DNA from: Bdellovibrionales bacterium
GTDB lineage: Bacteria; Bdellovibrionota; Bdellovibrionia; Bdellovibrionales; UBA1609
Direction of reading: 5' to 3'
DNA: 64,000 bases
Assembly (NCBI GenBank): GCA_965203095.1
Contig: OZ241877.1
Coordinates: 1,600,001 to 1,664,000, forward strand
Shown here piece after piece: positions 39,972 through 49,963 of this stretch. The translations under genes and the position numbers were made by a program. The notes below the pieces were generated by a model that did not search any database, was not told the DNA's origin, and was given only the letters and a program-made list of their open reading frames with translations. Position 1 is the stretch's first letter. Every line of letters starts with the position of its first letter.

Positions 39972-41462
39972 ATGACTTCCCAAAAGCCTTTGCCTTTAAA
40001 AATTTACGATACTGCCCAAAAAAAGAAAAGGCCCTTTGCCCCTTTAAACCCCCCTCATGTTAAGATGTATTGTTGTGGCCCCACCGTGTATGATTATCTT
40101 CATATTGGGAATTTTCGCGGGGCGGTGTTTTTTAATTTTGTTCGGAACTGGTTGGAGTTTTTAAATTACAAAGTGAGCTATATTTATAATTTTACAGATA
40201 TTGATGACAAAATTTTAAACCGTGCCGAGGAGGAAAAGATCTCACCACAAAACTTGGCAGAAAAATACATTCAGGAATTTAAAAAAGACTACCAATCCTT
40301 AAAACTCAAAGCTCATACAGCTAACCCCAGAGCTACGGAGACTTTGCCGGAGATCATCTCCTTAATCCAAAAATTGATAGTTCAGGGCAAAGCCTACACA
40401 GTGGATGGGGATGTTTTTTACTCTACCCGCTCTTTTAAAACTTATGGCCAGCTCAGTGGGAAGGATTTAAATAGCCTCCGGGCGGGTGCCCGTGTGGAAG
40501 TCAATAAACAAAAAAAAGATCCCTTAGATTTTGCCTTATGGAAAAAAAGTCGGCCCAATGAAAGCTGGCACTTTAACAGCCCTTGGGGGAAGGGGCGACC
40601 GGGATGGCATATTGAGTGCACAGCCATGATTCATAAATTCCTTGGAGAGGAGATTGACATTCATGCCGGGGGATCAGATCTTATTTTCCCCCATCATGAA
40701 AATGAAATTGCTCAATCCACAGCCATTACCAATAAAACTTATGCCCGTTTTTGGCTTCATAACAATATGATCGTCACAAAAGGGGATAAGATGTCAAAAT
40801 CCCTTGGAAATATGATTCGCATGAGGGAGTTTTTAAACCAGTATCCTGGAGAGCTGTTCAAATTCTTAATTTTGTCTTGTCATTATCGCTCTCCTTTACA
40901 ATTTTCTAAAAAAAGCCTGGGGCAGGCCCTGCTTTCCCTATCAAAAATTTACTCCAGTTTGAACCAAGCTCGCCATTGCCTTCAGGAATCTTATTCTCCA
41001 GAAAAACCGGGTCCATTTTATTTAAAGTTTGAAGAAAGGCTTTTGCTGGCAGAAAAAGATCTATTTATGGCATTTAACGATGACTTTGCTACCCCTAAGG
41101 CTTTTGCGGTTTTGTTTTCCACCTTAAATTCCTTTCAAAAAATGATGAAAGATCCTTCAGCCTCTTTAAGTGATAAGGCCCTTTCTTCCAAAAAATATTT
41201 GGCATTTTTTAAAAAATACGGCCAAACTCTCTCTTTATTTCAAGAAGAACCCTCTGCTTTTTTAAAAAATTTAGATAACCAACTATTACAGCAAAAAAAC
41301 TTGAAAAGACAATCTATTCAACAGTTAGTGGATGAGCGATCCCATGCTCGGCAAAAAAAAGATTTTCACACAGCCGATCTTTTAAGGGAGCGATTGAGCC
41401 AGTTAGGCATTGAGATAAGGGACAACTCAAAAGGAGAGAGCACTTGGGAAGTCAAAAAATAA
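39972..41462 (+). CDS. cysS: Cysteine--tRNA ligase
   Basis: CGPTVY, HIGN, GRPGWHIEC, FPHHENE, KMSKS. Confidence 0.97.
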   Translation: MTSQKPLPLKIYDTAQKKKRPFAPLNPPHVKMYCCGPTVYDYLHIGNFRGAVFFNFVRNWLEFLNYKVSYIYNFTDIDDKILNRAEEEKISPQNLAEKYIQEFKKDYQSLKLKAHTANPRATETLPEIISLIQKLIVQGKAYTVDGDVFYSTRSFKTYGQLSGKDLNSLRAGARVEVNKQKKDPLDFALWKKSRPNESWHFNSPWGKGRPGWHIECTAMIHKFLGEEIDIHAGGSDLIFPHHENEIAQSTAITNKTYARFWLHNNMIVTKGDKMSKSLGNMIRMREFLNQYPGELFKFLILSCHYRSPLQFSKKSLGQALLSLSKIYSSLNQARHCLQESYSPEKPGPFYLKFEERLLLAEKDLFMAFNDDFATPKAFAVLFSTLNSFQKMMKDPSASLSDKALSSKKYLAFFKKYGQTLSLFQEEPSAFLKNLDNQLLQQKNLKRQSIQQLVDERSHARQKKDFHTADLLRERLSQLGIEIRDNSKGESTWEVKK

Positions 41463-41602
41463 ACCCAGGACCTTAAAGTCAAAGAGGAGGAACCTCCTTG
41501 TAAAGGAAGGGGTAGGAGAGGATAAATCTTTAAAAATAATGGATTTTTATGGCTGATTTTCCTGATGTTTTTGAGAGATTTCTGAAAAAAGTTATTTTTT
41601 TC

Positions 41603-41686
41603 TTGTTATTTCTCATAAAATAGATATAATAGTATTAAATTACTGCCCCCTTGACTTGCCTTTTGGCCCTCATGTGGGGTTTTTTT
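41603..41686 (+). promoter_or_regulatory. Promoter plus terminator-like leader hairpin upstream of the NYN gene
   Basis: TTGTTA-N16-TATAAT (41603-41630); GCCCC...GCC TTTT GGC...GGGG followed by T7 immediately before ATG 41687. Confidence 0.5.
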
Positions 41687-42325
41687 ATGGAAAAGCCCAA
41701 AAAAACAGCTGTCTTTTATTTTGACGCTCAGAATCTCTACAGGAGGGCAAAAAGTGTATTTGCTAATGTCCGGTATCCCAATTTTGATCCTGTAGCTTTA
41801 TCAAACTTAATCGCTCAAAAACATTCCCTGAAAATCAAAAAAATTAAATTTTATACAAGGATACCTCCCAAAAAAAGGAATCCTTACTGGAATAGATTTT
41901 GGAGTGCCAAACTGGCACTCCTTGGAAGAAATAAATCAGTAAAAATCTTTACAAGGAAAACTCAGTTTAGAGAAAAAACGATCATCATTGATGGCAAAAA
42001 ACACCAAATAAAGTTTGATGTAGAAAAAGGTATTGATACAAGGATCACCATTGATATTGTAAGGGATGTTTTAGATCAGGAGTCAGAGGTTATTGTGATA
42101 TTCAGCGAGGATCAAGATCTGTTTGAAGCCGTGACAGAAGCCAAAAAAATTGCAAAGACACAAGGGAAATATATATCTATTTTCTCGGCTTCACCTCCTT
42201 TTAAAAACAAAAGAGGCATTAGTGGTTCCCAATGGATCAAAATATCAGAGGCAGACTATAACCGGTGTATTGATACCAGGGATTACAGGCCCCCTTTTCC
42301 ACTACAAAAAAAGCCCTCGGAATAG
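41687..42325 (+). CDS. NYN domain (LabA/DUF88, PIN-fold) putative nuclease
   Basis: FYFDAQNL, EKGIDTRI..D, IFSEDQDL..A. Confidence 0.85.
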   Translation: MEKPKKTAVFYFDAQNLYRRAKSVFANVRYPNFDPVALSNLIAQKHSLKIKKIKFYTRIPPKKRNPYWNRFWSAKLALLGRNKSVKIFTRKTQFREKTIIIDGKKHQIKFDVEKGIDTRITIDIVRDVLDQESEVIVIFSEDQDLFEAVTEAKKIAKTQGKYISIFSASPPFKNKRGISGSQWIKISEADYNRCIDTRDYRPPFPLQKKPSE

Positions 42326-42548
42326 AGAAGGGCAAAGTCCAGTTTTCTACTAATAGCAGGATGTCCGCTCAAATCCAGACAGTCCTTTCAGAAAAAATCA
42401 ATCCGAAAAAATCCCAGTCTTTAGCATAGAAAAACAGGCGGACTTTGTTTTTTCCCTTAAATAGCTCAAGGCTTTAACGCCCTGCTCTAATAAAAAGGTA
42501 TGACATTACAAGCATACCACAAACAAATTTTAAACAATTTTAATGTCT

Positions 42549-43517
42549 CTAATTTGTTTGTCTTTTTTGAGTCCCTTGATGGATTGCAATTTGAACCTGT
42601 TTGCCCCAAGATATGCCTTTTGTGTTCTCATACAACTTTACAAACGGACTGATCCTAAAAAAACCATTGATTAAAATATAAGCTTCCCACATTAAATCTT
42701 GAAGTATCTTATCAGCAGGTTTGATATTTAACCCCAGATTGGAGAGCTTTTTTATTGATAAAGGGCGAGTATGTATCAAGTGCTCATCATAGTTTGAAAA
42801 GTATTTAACAGCTTTTTGTATTTTTTTATCTGCATTCTTTTCTTTTTTAAACATATATTTTTTTAGCCAATCGGTGACCAGCTCCCTTGATAACTTTTCT
42901 GAATCTTCGCAAAGCTCTAACAGTTCTAAAGAATATTTTTCAATAAGAGGAATATAAGGGAGTAAAGCTTCTGATCCCTCTTTACTTAATTTTTCTTTTA
43001 TTTTTTCAAAACTTCTTTTAATAGCTCTGGCAGGTATGCCGTTAATCTGTGGGTCAATCGGCCCTAAAACCGCACAGGGGTGCATAATAATATTGTCGCC
43101 TGATAAAGCAAGCATTGTGGCGGCAGAATAAGCAGAATGGGGGATAAGAAAATTGACCTCTTCAAAATGATTGCGAAGAATTTCTACAAGTCTCTCAGTG
43201 GCGTCAGGTCGCCCTCCTGGACTGTGTAAAAGCACATCAATGGCTTTATCGTCTTTTACAGAATTAACTAAATCAACCCAGCCTTCCACATCTGGAAAAT
43301 CAATAAAATTAGGAATATTTGGTGGTGTTTCAAAAAAATTTGTTGCATACACTAACAAAGGATTTTTGCGATACTGCTCAATATCTTTATAGCAATCTTG
43401 ACGAAGTTTTTGGATGGTATTTGCATCAATCTCCCCACCATCAGACCTATTGAGGAAGTTATGCCAATCTTGAATTGTTTTAAATTTTATACGATTTTGT
43501 TGTTGGTGGGATTGCAT
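42549..43517 (-). CDS. SDH-family ClpP-fold serine protease (DUF114-like)
   Basis: LLHSPGG, AYSAATMLALSG, LGPIDPQ, HTRPL; start at MQSHQ (43517) or later. Confidence 0.85.
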   Translation of the reverse strand: MQSHQQQNRIKFKTIQDWHNFLNRSDGGEIDANTIQKLRQDCYKDIEQYRKNPLLVYATNFFETPPNIPNFIDFPDVEGWVDLVNSVKDDKAIDVLLHSPGGRPDATERLVEILRNHFEEVNFLIPHSAYSAATMLALSGDNIIMHPCAVLGPIDPQINGIPARAIKRSFEKIKEKLSKEGSEALLPYIPLIEKYSLELLELCEDSEKLSRELVTDWLKKYMFKKEKNADKKIQKAVKYFSNYDEHLIHTRPLSIKKLSNLGLNIKPADKILQDLMWEAYILINGFFRISPFVKLYENTKGISWGKQVQIAIHQGTQKRQTN

Positions 43518-43713
43518 GGTGATTGATTTCACAATTTTGAGTTGAATTGGAGCTGTATTTATATACCTGTTTTCTACCCATAGCAATATCTATTTTTTCT
43601 GAAATACCAGAAATTTCTTTATATGTCCTGTAAAATTCCAAGGCTTTGGCATTTTCATCCAAGACTGTCTTTGGCATAATCTGCTCAGAGAGCATTTTTT
43701 TTTGGTTTGACAT
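43480..43713 (-). CDS. Small hypothetical protein overlapping the start of the SDH protease gene
   Basis: 77-aa ORF with an ATG start behind an AT-rich promoter-like region; operon-like overlap. Confidence 0.55.
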   Translation of the reverse strand: MSNQKKMLSEQIMPKTVLDENAKALEFYRTYKEISGISEKIDIAMGRKQVYKYSSNSTQNCEINHHAIPPTTKSYKI

Positions 43714-43956
43714 AACTTTATTATTATCTATTTACTACAAAAAATCAAAAAAAAACTATAAAAATTCTAAAAAATTCCTAAAAGTGTCATGAATCTGGTT
43801 TAATTGGTTCATTAGCTGGGAATGTCAAGCTTTTTTTAAAGTGCTCAAATATTCATGAATAAGGGTTTTTAGGCAAATTTTGTAAAAACCTGTTTTTAGT
43901 AGGACAGAAGTTCAATCAGGGATATGGGCAAAAAAGAGATAGCTCAAAAAGGGCTT

Positions 43957-43983
43957 TAAGTTTCCCGGATAATCAGCCGATAA
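43957..43983 (+). promoter_or_regulatory. Putative sigma28 (FliA) promoter
   Basis: TAAG-N15-GCCGATAA versus consensus TAAA-N15-GCCGATAA. Confidence 0.5.
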
Positions 43984-44021
43984 AATAAGTGATAATAATC
44001 ATTCATTATCCTTTTGCACAG

Positions 44022-44056
44022 GCAAAAGCCCTTTAATCGGGGCTTTTTGCTTTTTT
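44022..44056 (+). terminator. Rho-independent terminator-like hairpin
   Basis: GCAAAAGCCC TTTAATCG GGGCTTTTTGC followed by TTTTTT. Confidence 0.6.
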
Positions 44057-44112
44057 GTGATTCATTTTGAGACAAAGCCTTTAGTTTTCAAATAATCGTC
44101 CGATAAGAAGGT

Positions 44113-44437
44113 ATGAAAGCTTTGGCTTTAATCCTCTTACTGTTTCTCAATTCTCGCTCAAGCCAAAGGCTTAAGCAAAGCGGAGCTGATTAAGAAAATA
44201 AGAAAAGGGGAAAAAGACTTAGCAGGGGCGGACTTATTTTGGGCAAACTTGATTGAGGCGAACTTGACAGAGGCGAACTTGTCTGGGGCTAAATTGTTTA
44301 AGGCAGACTTTTCTGGGACGAACTTGTCTGGGGCGGACTTGACAAATGCAAAAATGAAAGGAGTAGACTTTACTTGGGCGGACTTGTCCATTGCTCTTAT
44401 AGACTCAAAACATCTTCAAAGTCTCAAACACAAATAG
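44113..44437 (+). pseudogene. Secreted pentapeptide-repeat protein, frameshifted near codon 11
   Basis: The ATG 44113 frame stops after 26 codons; removing one base near 44143-44146 gives MKALALILLLFSILAQA-KGLSKAELIKKIRKGEKDLAGADLFWANLIEANLTEANLSGAKL. Confidence 0.7.
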
Positions 44438-44776
44438 AGATAGCAGTCGTGGCCTGTGCTCTGGGAGTTAGAGGGAATCTATTAGCCAATCAGAATTGGA
44501 CAAGTCCGATAAATAACGAATAAAAATTAAATTTTATACCTGATCAAATCCAGACAGTTCTTTCAGAAAAAATCAATCTAAAAACTACTCTCTTTTTTAG
44601 TTAGTTCAAACTGAAGTCAAAAAAGCTTCACAAGATGTCTATATTTTGACAGTTATTGGACATATTTTTTATAAAAAAATTATTATTTTCTATTAAAAAT
44701 CTTTTTAATAAAGAACTCCATAAAATGCTCTGGACCAAAGTTCTGTATGGAATAAATCTTGCTATGTCAATAAGGT

Positions 44777-47293
44777 ATGACATTACAAGCATACCACAAA
44801 CAAATTTTAAAACTTTCAAAAAAACCAGGGCATGAAACAGTCAAACACTTGCTTTGCAATATTTTAAAAGAAAAACTTGGTGCAACAGATGATGAAATAA
44901 CTTTAGAGGCGAATCTTTTAACTTGCAGAGGTCGAATTGATGCTCTATGGGGCCGAACTATTTTTGAAGTCAAAAGCGATCTCAACAGGGAATTGTCTTC
45001 TGCAAAATCTCAAATCAAAAAATATATTCAATCCAAAGAAGAGGAATCCAGAACAACAAGAGAAAAATATGTTGGAATTGCTACAGATGGACAAAAATAC
45101 AAGGCTTATTTTCTCCTTAACAATGAATTGAAGTCAATCAATGAGTTTGTTTTGAATAAAGATAAAGCCTCTGAATTTATCCAATGGTTAGAAAGTGTAA
45201 TTCTTATCAAAAAACAGCTGGAACCGACACCGGAAATTATCTGTAAGGAAATAGGTCAAGGTAGCCCACTTTGCATGAACGCACTGATAAGGATCAAGAG
45301 TCTTTGGGCACAAGCCCAACACCGGCCGGATATAAAATTGAAATATGATTTATGGAAAAAATCTGTTGATATTGTCTATGGAACAGAGGGTGCGGATGAA
45401 TCTCTTTTTGTTGAGCATACCTATTTGACAATTATTTCTAAAGCGATAGCTCATGTTGCTTTTTTCCATTCCTCTCCACCCTTAGGAAAAGCTCTCTTAA
45501 GTGGAAAATTGTTTAAGGAAGCCAGTATTGCTGGTATTATTGAGGATGATTTTTTTAGTTGGGTAGCCTTTTGTGGGGCAGGAAATGATTTGATAAGACA
45601 AATCGCTTTGCATGTTCACCGGTTTGACTTTTCTGTTGTTCAAGCGGATATTTTAAAAGGCTTGTATGAGGGGCTTATCCGGCAAGAGCAAAGGCACAAA
45701 ATGGGAGAATATTATACTCCCGATTGGTTGGCTGAAAAAATTTGCAAAAAAGCTATAAAAAAACCCCTCGAAAACAGAGTAATTGATCCAGCTTGTGGCT
45801 CCGGAACTTTCTTGTTTCATGCCATAAGGCTTTTAATTGCAGTAGCTGAAAACAAAAACATATCTGCTAAAGATACAATAAGCCTTATATGTGACAAAAT
45901 TGCAGGGATTGACATTCACCCTGTGGCGGTTATTTTTTCCAGAATCACTTATCTATTGGCCATGTTGAAAACAATAAAAAAGGGCCGTCCTGATAACATG
46001 AGCATTCCAGTTTATTTAGGGGATTCGCTTCAATGGAGCATAGATGAGGTTCTTGGAGAAAAGAGTTTGAGAATAACTGTTCCTGAAGATCAGCAGACGG
46101 GTGCACAAAAAAAACAGTTGATTTTTCCTGAATCTGTTTGTTTAAACAGGAGTCAGTTTAAAGAAGTTTTAGATAAGATGCGTGGATTGGCCGGAAAGCA
46201 TAAAGAACCAGAGATTTTTCAGTCATGGATTAAACAACAGTCAATTAAAAAGGCAGAAGCTCAAACTCTTTTCGAAACTTATAAAACATTGTTAAAACTT
46301 CAAAAAGAGAATAGAAATCATATTTGGGGCTATGTCGCAAGCAACTTGGCTCGTCCGATATGGCTTTCTTCTGAAAAGCAAAAAGCGGATATTGTTATCG
46401 GAAATCCGCCTTGGTTAAGATTTAACAGTATGAATAAAAAAATGCAGACAAGGTTAAAAGAAGAGTGTTTTTCTTTCAATTTGTGGAAGAGAAAAATAAA
46501 AAAGAGAGAAGGAAAATCAGAAGACAAATACAGACAGCGGAAGAGGAGAGAGGCCAAGTTTAGAACAAGTCAGGACATTTCCACCTATTTTTTTATTCGG
46601 TCTGTTGATTTGTATATGAGAGAAAAAGGATTGCTGGCTTTTGTTATGCCCTATGGTGTTATGAATGGAGAGCATCATTCTATTTTTAGAGAAGGATTTT
46701 TTGAAAGAGAAAGTGGAATCTCCATACATATTAAATTTGAAAGTGCATGGGTTTTTGACTCAGAAGTAAAAAACCTTTTTAAAGTTCCCTCATGTGTTTT
46801 GTTCTCTGTCAGAAAAGAAAACTCTGAAGAAAAACCATCACTTCCCAAAATTTTGTGTTTCAAAGGAGTTTTGCCTCAAAAAAATGCCAGCTTAAAACAA
46901 GCAGTCAAAACTTTATCTCAAGAGAAAAAGGAATGGCCTACTTTTAATGTTTATGATAGCCAACAATCTGATTATTATAATAAGTTCAAGCAAGGGGCCT
47001 CTTTAGTTCCAAGGAGATTTATCTTTGTTGAGAAGATCCAAAAAGGAAAGCTTGGGGGTTCTGCCAGTAAGCCTCTTGTCAAAGGGCTTACATCCAATCA
47101 GGATAAAGCCCCTTGGAAAGAGATTGAGCCTCCGGAAGGAAATATAGAATCCCCATTTTTAAAGCCAGTATATACTGGACAGTCTATCGCTCCCTTTAGA
47201 GTGCTTAAGAGAAATTTGGCTGTAATCCCTTACATTAATGAGGCGGGGGTGATGAGTGCCAAGGAGGCAGGACATCAAGGTTGGACTGATTTA
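44777..47293 (+). pseudogene. Fused type IIG restriction-modification enzyme (PD-(D/E)xK plus N6-adenine MTase), 3' end cut by IS630
   Basis: GRIDAL..TIFEVKS, IATDG, GEYYTPDW, DPACGSGTFL, IGNPPW; the last 12 aa of the ORF are read from IS sequence. Confidence 0.85.
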
Positions 47294-48428
47294 TACTGGT
47301 CTTGTTTGAATTTTCAGGTTTCGATGACATGAAAATTATCAGTAATAAGCATGGACAATTCAGCCCTGTATTTTCTAACACCTCTTAAAAACAGCATCAA
47401 CTCTTTACGAAAAGTTTTAAGATCTGAAAAATACACATTAGCCATTGTCTTCTTCTTTACAAATTTCCAAAACCTCTCAATAGGATTCAAATTAGGAGAA
47501 AATGGAGGCAAATACAGCAAAGTAATATCCAAACTTTTCGCTAAATCCCTCACCTGAAAGGCCCTGTTATATGGTGCATTGTCTAAAACCAAATACAACC
47601 TTTTATCCCTCATAGGCTGTCTCGCCCTCACAGCTCGCAATAACTCCTGCATTGAATTTTTATTAACCCTCTCACAGCTTCTACTGACAAAATCTAAACT
47701 ATTTATCTCTATCGCACCATTTATATTCACCCGCTCACGACCTGAATTAGTTTTAACCTTAAACTCCACCCCCTTCTTAATCCAACCCGATGATATTACA
47801 GGATTGAGCATAGGATGAGTTGAATCCGCAAAATACACTAAATCACCTCTCTTTTTTATCCTGCGATATCTTTGAATAAACACCTTCTGCTTCTCAATAT
47901 CAGCCTTCCCAGGCACACCCTTTGGCTTCTTATATGAAAAATCTAACTTGTGAAGTAAAGCCGTCATTCCATTCACAGTATAAACAACCCCAAATGTCTT
48001 TTGAACATATAAAACAACTGCCTTTGTTGTGGGATATACCTTTGACTCCAACTCCAAAACCAGTTTCTTCCGTTGTTCCTCAGATAAATACGACATGCGA
48101 CCTCTATGATCGTCATAAACCAACCTCGACAAACCTCCTTCTTCATAACGCCTTTTGCAGTTTCTGATAGTTCCTTCATCAAAAAATAAAAATCTCGCAA
48201 TATCGGTGACAGACTCTCCACTATCCAGCAACAAAATAACCCGGATACGATCCGCTCGCCTACGATTCCTTTCCAAACGAAGAAAAGTTAAAAGCTCTGC
48301 TTTTTGCTTGCCAGTTAAAAATGAGTTCATAGAAACATATTATAGAACATCCAAAAGATTTGGAAAACTCATAATGCCAAAAACTAAACCTTTATCAAAA
48401 AAACTTGATTTTTTAAATCAAACCAGTA
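47294..48428 (-). mobile_element. IS630-family insertion sequence, about 1135 bp
   Basis: Imperfect TIRs TACTGGTCTTGTTTGAATTTTCAGG / TACTGGTTTGATTTAAAAAATCAAG, flanked by TA at 47292-93 and 48429-30. Confidence 0.9.
47314..48330 (-). CDS. IS630-family transposase (single intact ORF)
   Basis: N-terminal HTH region, FADSTHP, LVLDNAPY, YLPPFSPNLNPIERFW (DDE triad). Confidence 0.95.
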   Translation of the reverse strand: MNSFLTGKQKAELLTFLRLERNRRRADRIRVILLLDSGESVTDIARFLFFDEGTIRNCKRRYEEGGLSRLVYDDHRGRMSYLSEEQRKKLVLELESKVYPTTKAVVLYVQKTFGVVYTVNGMTALLHKLDFSYKKPKGVPGKADIEKQKVFIQRYRRIKKRGDLVYFADSTHPMLNPVISSGWIKKGVEFKVKTNSGRERVNINGAIEINSLDFVSRSCERVNKNSMQELLRAVRARQPMRDKRLYLVLDNAPYNRAFQVRDLAKSLDITLLYLPPFSPNLNPIERFWKFVKKKTMANVYFSDLKTFRKELMLFLRGVRKYRAELSMLITDNFHVIET

Positions 48429-48542
48429 TATGTTTATTATAACAATGTTGAGAAAAAGTTTGTCTGAAAGCCCCTTGGGCTTTCAAGCTCCCTTGCAAAC
48501 GAGAATCTACATATCTTTCTTTGTGAGGAAGGACAGGGATTC

Positions 48543-48608
48543 CTGGATTCCCGCTTTCGCGGGAATGACGGAGTCCGCGGGAATGACGAGTTTTTCACGG
48601 GCAAATTA
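48543..48608. repeat. dRS3/REP-like palindrome, a half copy and an element end
   Basis: CTGGATTCCCGCTTTCGCGGGAATGAC, CGCGGGAATGACG, TTTTTCACGGGCAAATTA. Confidence 0.85.
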
Positions 48609-48685
48609 TACTGATCACAGTTGAAGTTTCCGGTCACAATAGAATAGAGAAGGCAGGAATTTTCAAACAAAATCGGTATAAGTAG

Positions 48686-49870
48686 TTAGTAAGTGACGAT
48701 ATGGCTTGCAGATTCTTTTTGCCTGGGATCTTGAACAGGGATCAGAGGGTGACGGCTAAAAAAGTGAAATAAAGAGAGCAAAAAGATCCCTACAAAGCCG
48801 GCCAATAAGCCCAACTCCATCCATCCGAAACGGACATGCTCTGGATCCAGCTGAGGGTAGATCATCCAGTAAATGTCTGCATACTGAGTGATTAAAACCA
48901 AAGTGCATACAGGGATTAGTGCCCTATCATTCCTTTTTACATGGCGAGGGAGTAAGCAGATAAAGGGAAGAATAAATTTAAAGAAAATGAGGAATAAAGA
49001 CAAATAAACCCAAGGGGCTTTAGAGCGAATCCCATAATATATTGCCTCTTCCGGAAGATTGGCATACCAAATCAGCATATACTGGCTAAAGGCGATATAG
49101 GCCCAAAACACAGTGCAACCCAAAAGAAATTTCCCTAAATCGTGAAGGTGATTTTCGTTTACTAATTTTTTATCTAAAACTCCTGTCCTTCTAAAATAAA
49201 TGAGAAGCAAAATCAGCCCGGCAATAAAGGATTGAAAAAGCCCAGCAAAAACATAAACCCCAAAAACAGTGGAAAACCAATGCGGTTCCAAAGCCATTAA
49301 AGTATCAAAAGAGAAAAAGGAAAAGCTCAAAGCAAACAAAAGCAAAAAAGCTATAGAGAGGCGAAGGCTTTTGTGGCTGATGGCCTCCTCCCCTGTTTGA
49401 TCTTGCTTTAAGGAGAGACGGTTTAGTTTTTGAGAGAAGAAAATCCATATCCCAAAAAACAAAATCAGGCGAACAAAAAAGAAAGTTTTGTTCAAGTAAG
49501 CGGATTTGTGTTGTAAGAGAGGATCCATAGCCACAATCTCTTTGTTAAACCATGAGTAAAGAACATCCTCTGAGAGCAAAAGAGGCAAAGCCAACAGGAA
49601 AGCTAAGGGCAAGTAGGCAGAAAAACCCTCCATTACCCGGCGAATGTTCACACTCCATCCCGCTTTAGAGACATGCTGAATGGCTGTAAAAAATAGCCCG
49701 CCCAAACTGAGAAACAGGACAAAAAGAGAGCTTGCTAAAAAACTATGCCAAACTCTTTCTTTATCTAAAAGAAAACCTGCCCAAAAAGTAATGAAACCAA
49801 TAAAAATCAAAATGGAAAAAGCGGTTTTTAACCTGTCAGGGAAAACAAATTTTATAACTGGATTTTTCAT
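48686..49870 (-). CDS. actF: Alternative complex III membrane subunit ActF
   Basis: About 10 TM helices; AGWS..RR..E, HWFSTVFG, HLHDLGK, FWAYIAFSQYMLIWYANLPEE. Confidence 0.9.
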   Translation of the reverse strand: MKNPVIKFVFPDRLKTAFSILIFIGFITFWAGFLLDKERVWHSFLASSLFVLFLSLGGLFFTAIQHVSKAGWSVNIRRVMEGFSAYLPLAFLLALPLLLSEDVLYSWFNKEIVAMDPLLQHKSAYLNKTFFFVRLILFFGIWIFFSQKLNRLSLKQDQTGEEAISHKSLRLSIAFLLLFALSFSFFSFDTLMALEPHWFSTVFGVYVFAGLFQSFIAGLILLLIYFRRTGVLDKKLVNENHLHDLGKFLLGCTVFWAYIAFSQYMLIWYANLPEEAIYYGIRSKAPWVYLSLFLIFFKFILPFICLLPRHVKRNDRALIPVCTLVLITQYADIYWMIYPQLDPEHVRFGWMELGLLAGFVGIFLLSLFHFFSRHPLIPVQDPRQKESASHIVTY

Positions 49871-49963
49871 TTTATTCCTAAGTGCTTAAAACTCCCTTCC
49901 CTCCATGTTTTTAATAGAAATAGCAAATATAAATTATTTTGTCTATATCTTTCTCTATTTTTT

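Noticed and set aside
44015..44056. c-di-GMP-I riboswitch (GCACAGGCAAA resemblance)
   Set aside because: No GNRA tetraloop, receptor or second GCAAA element; a simple terminator explains the sequence better.
47294..48428. IS630 transposase as the mobiliser of the MITE-like family
   Set aside because: Both have terminal TA, but the IS ends (TACTGGT...) do not resemble the element ends (GTC..CGTGAAAAA).
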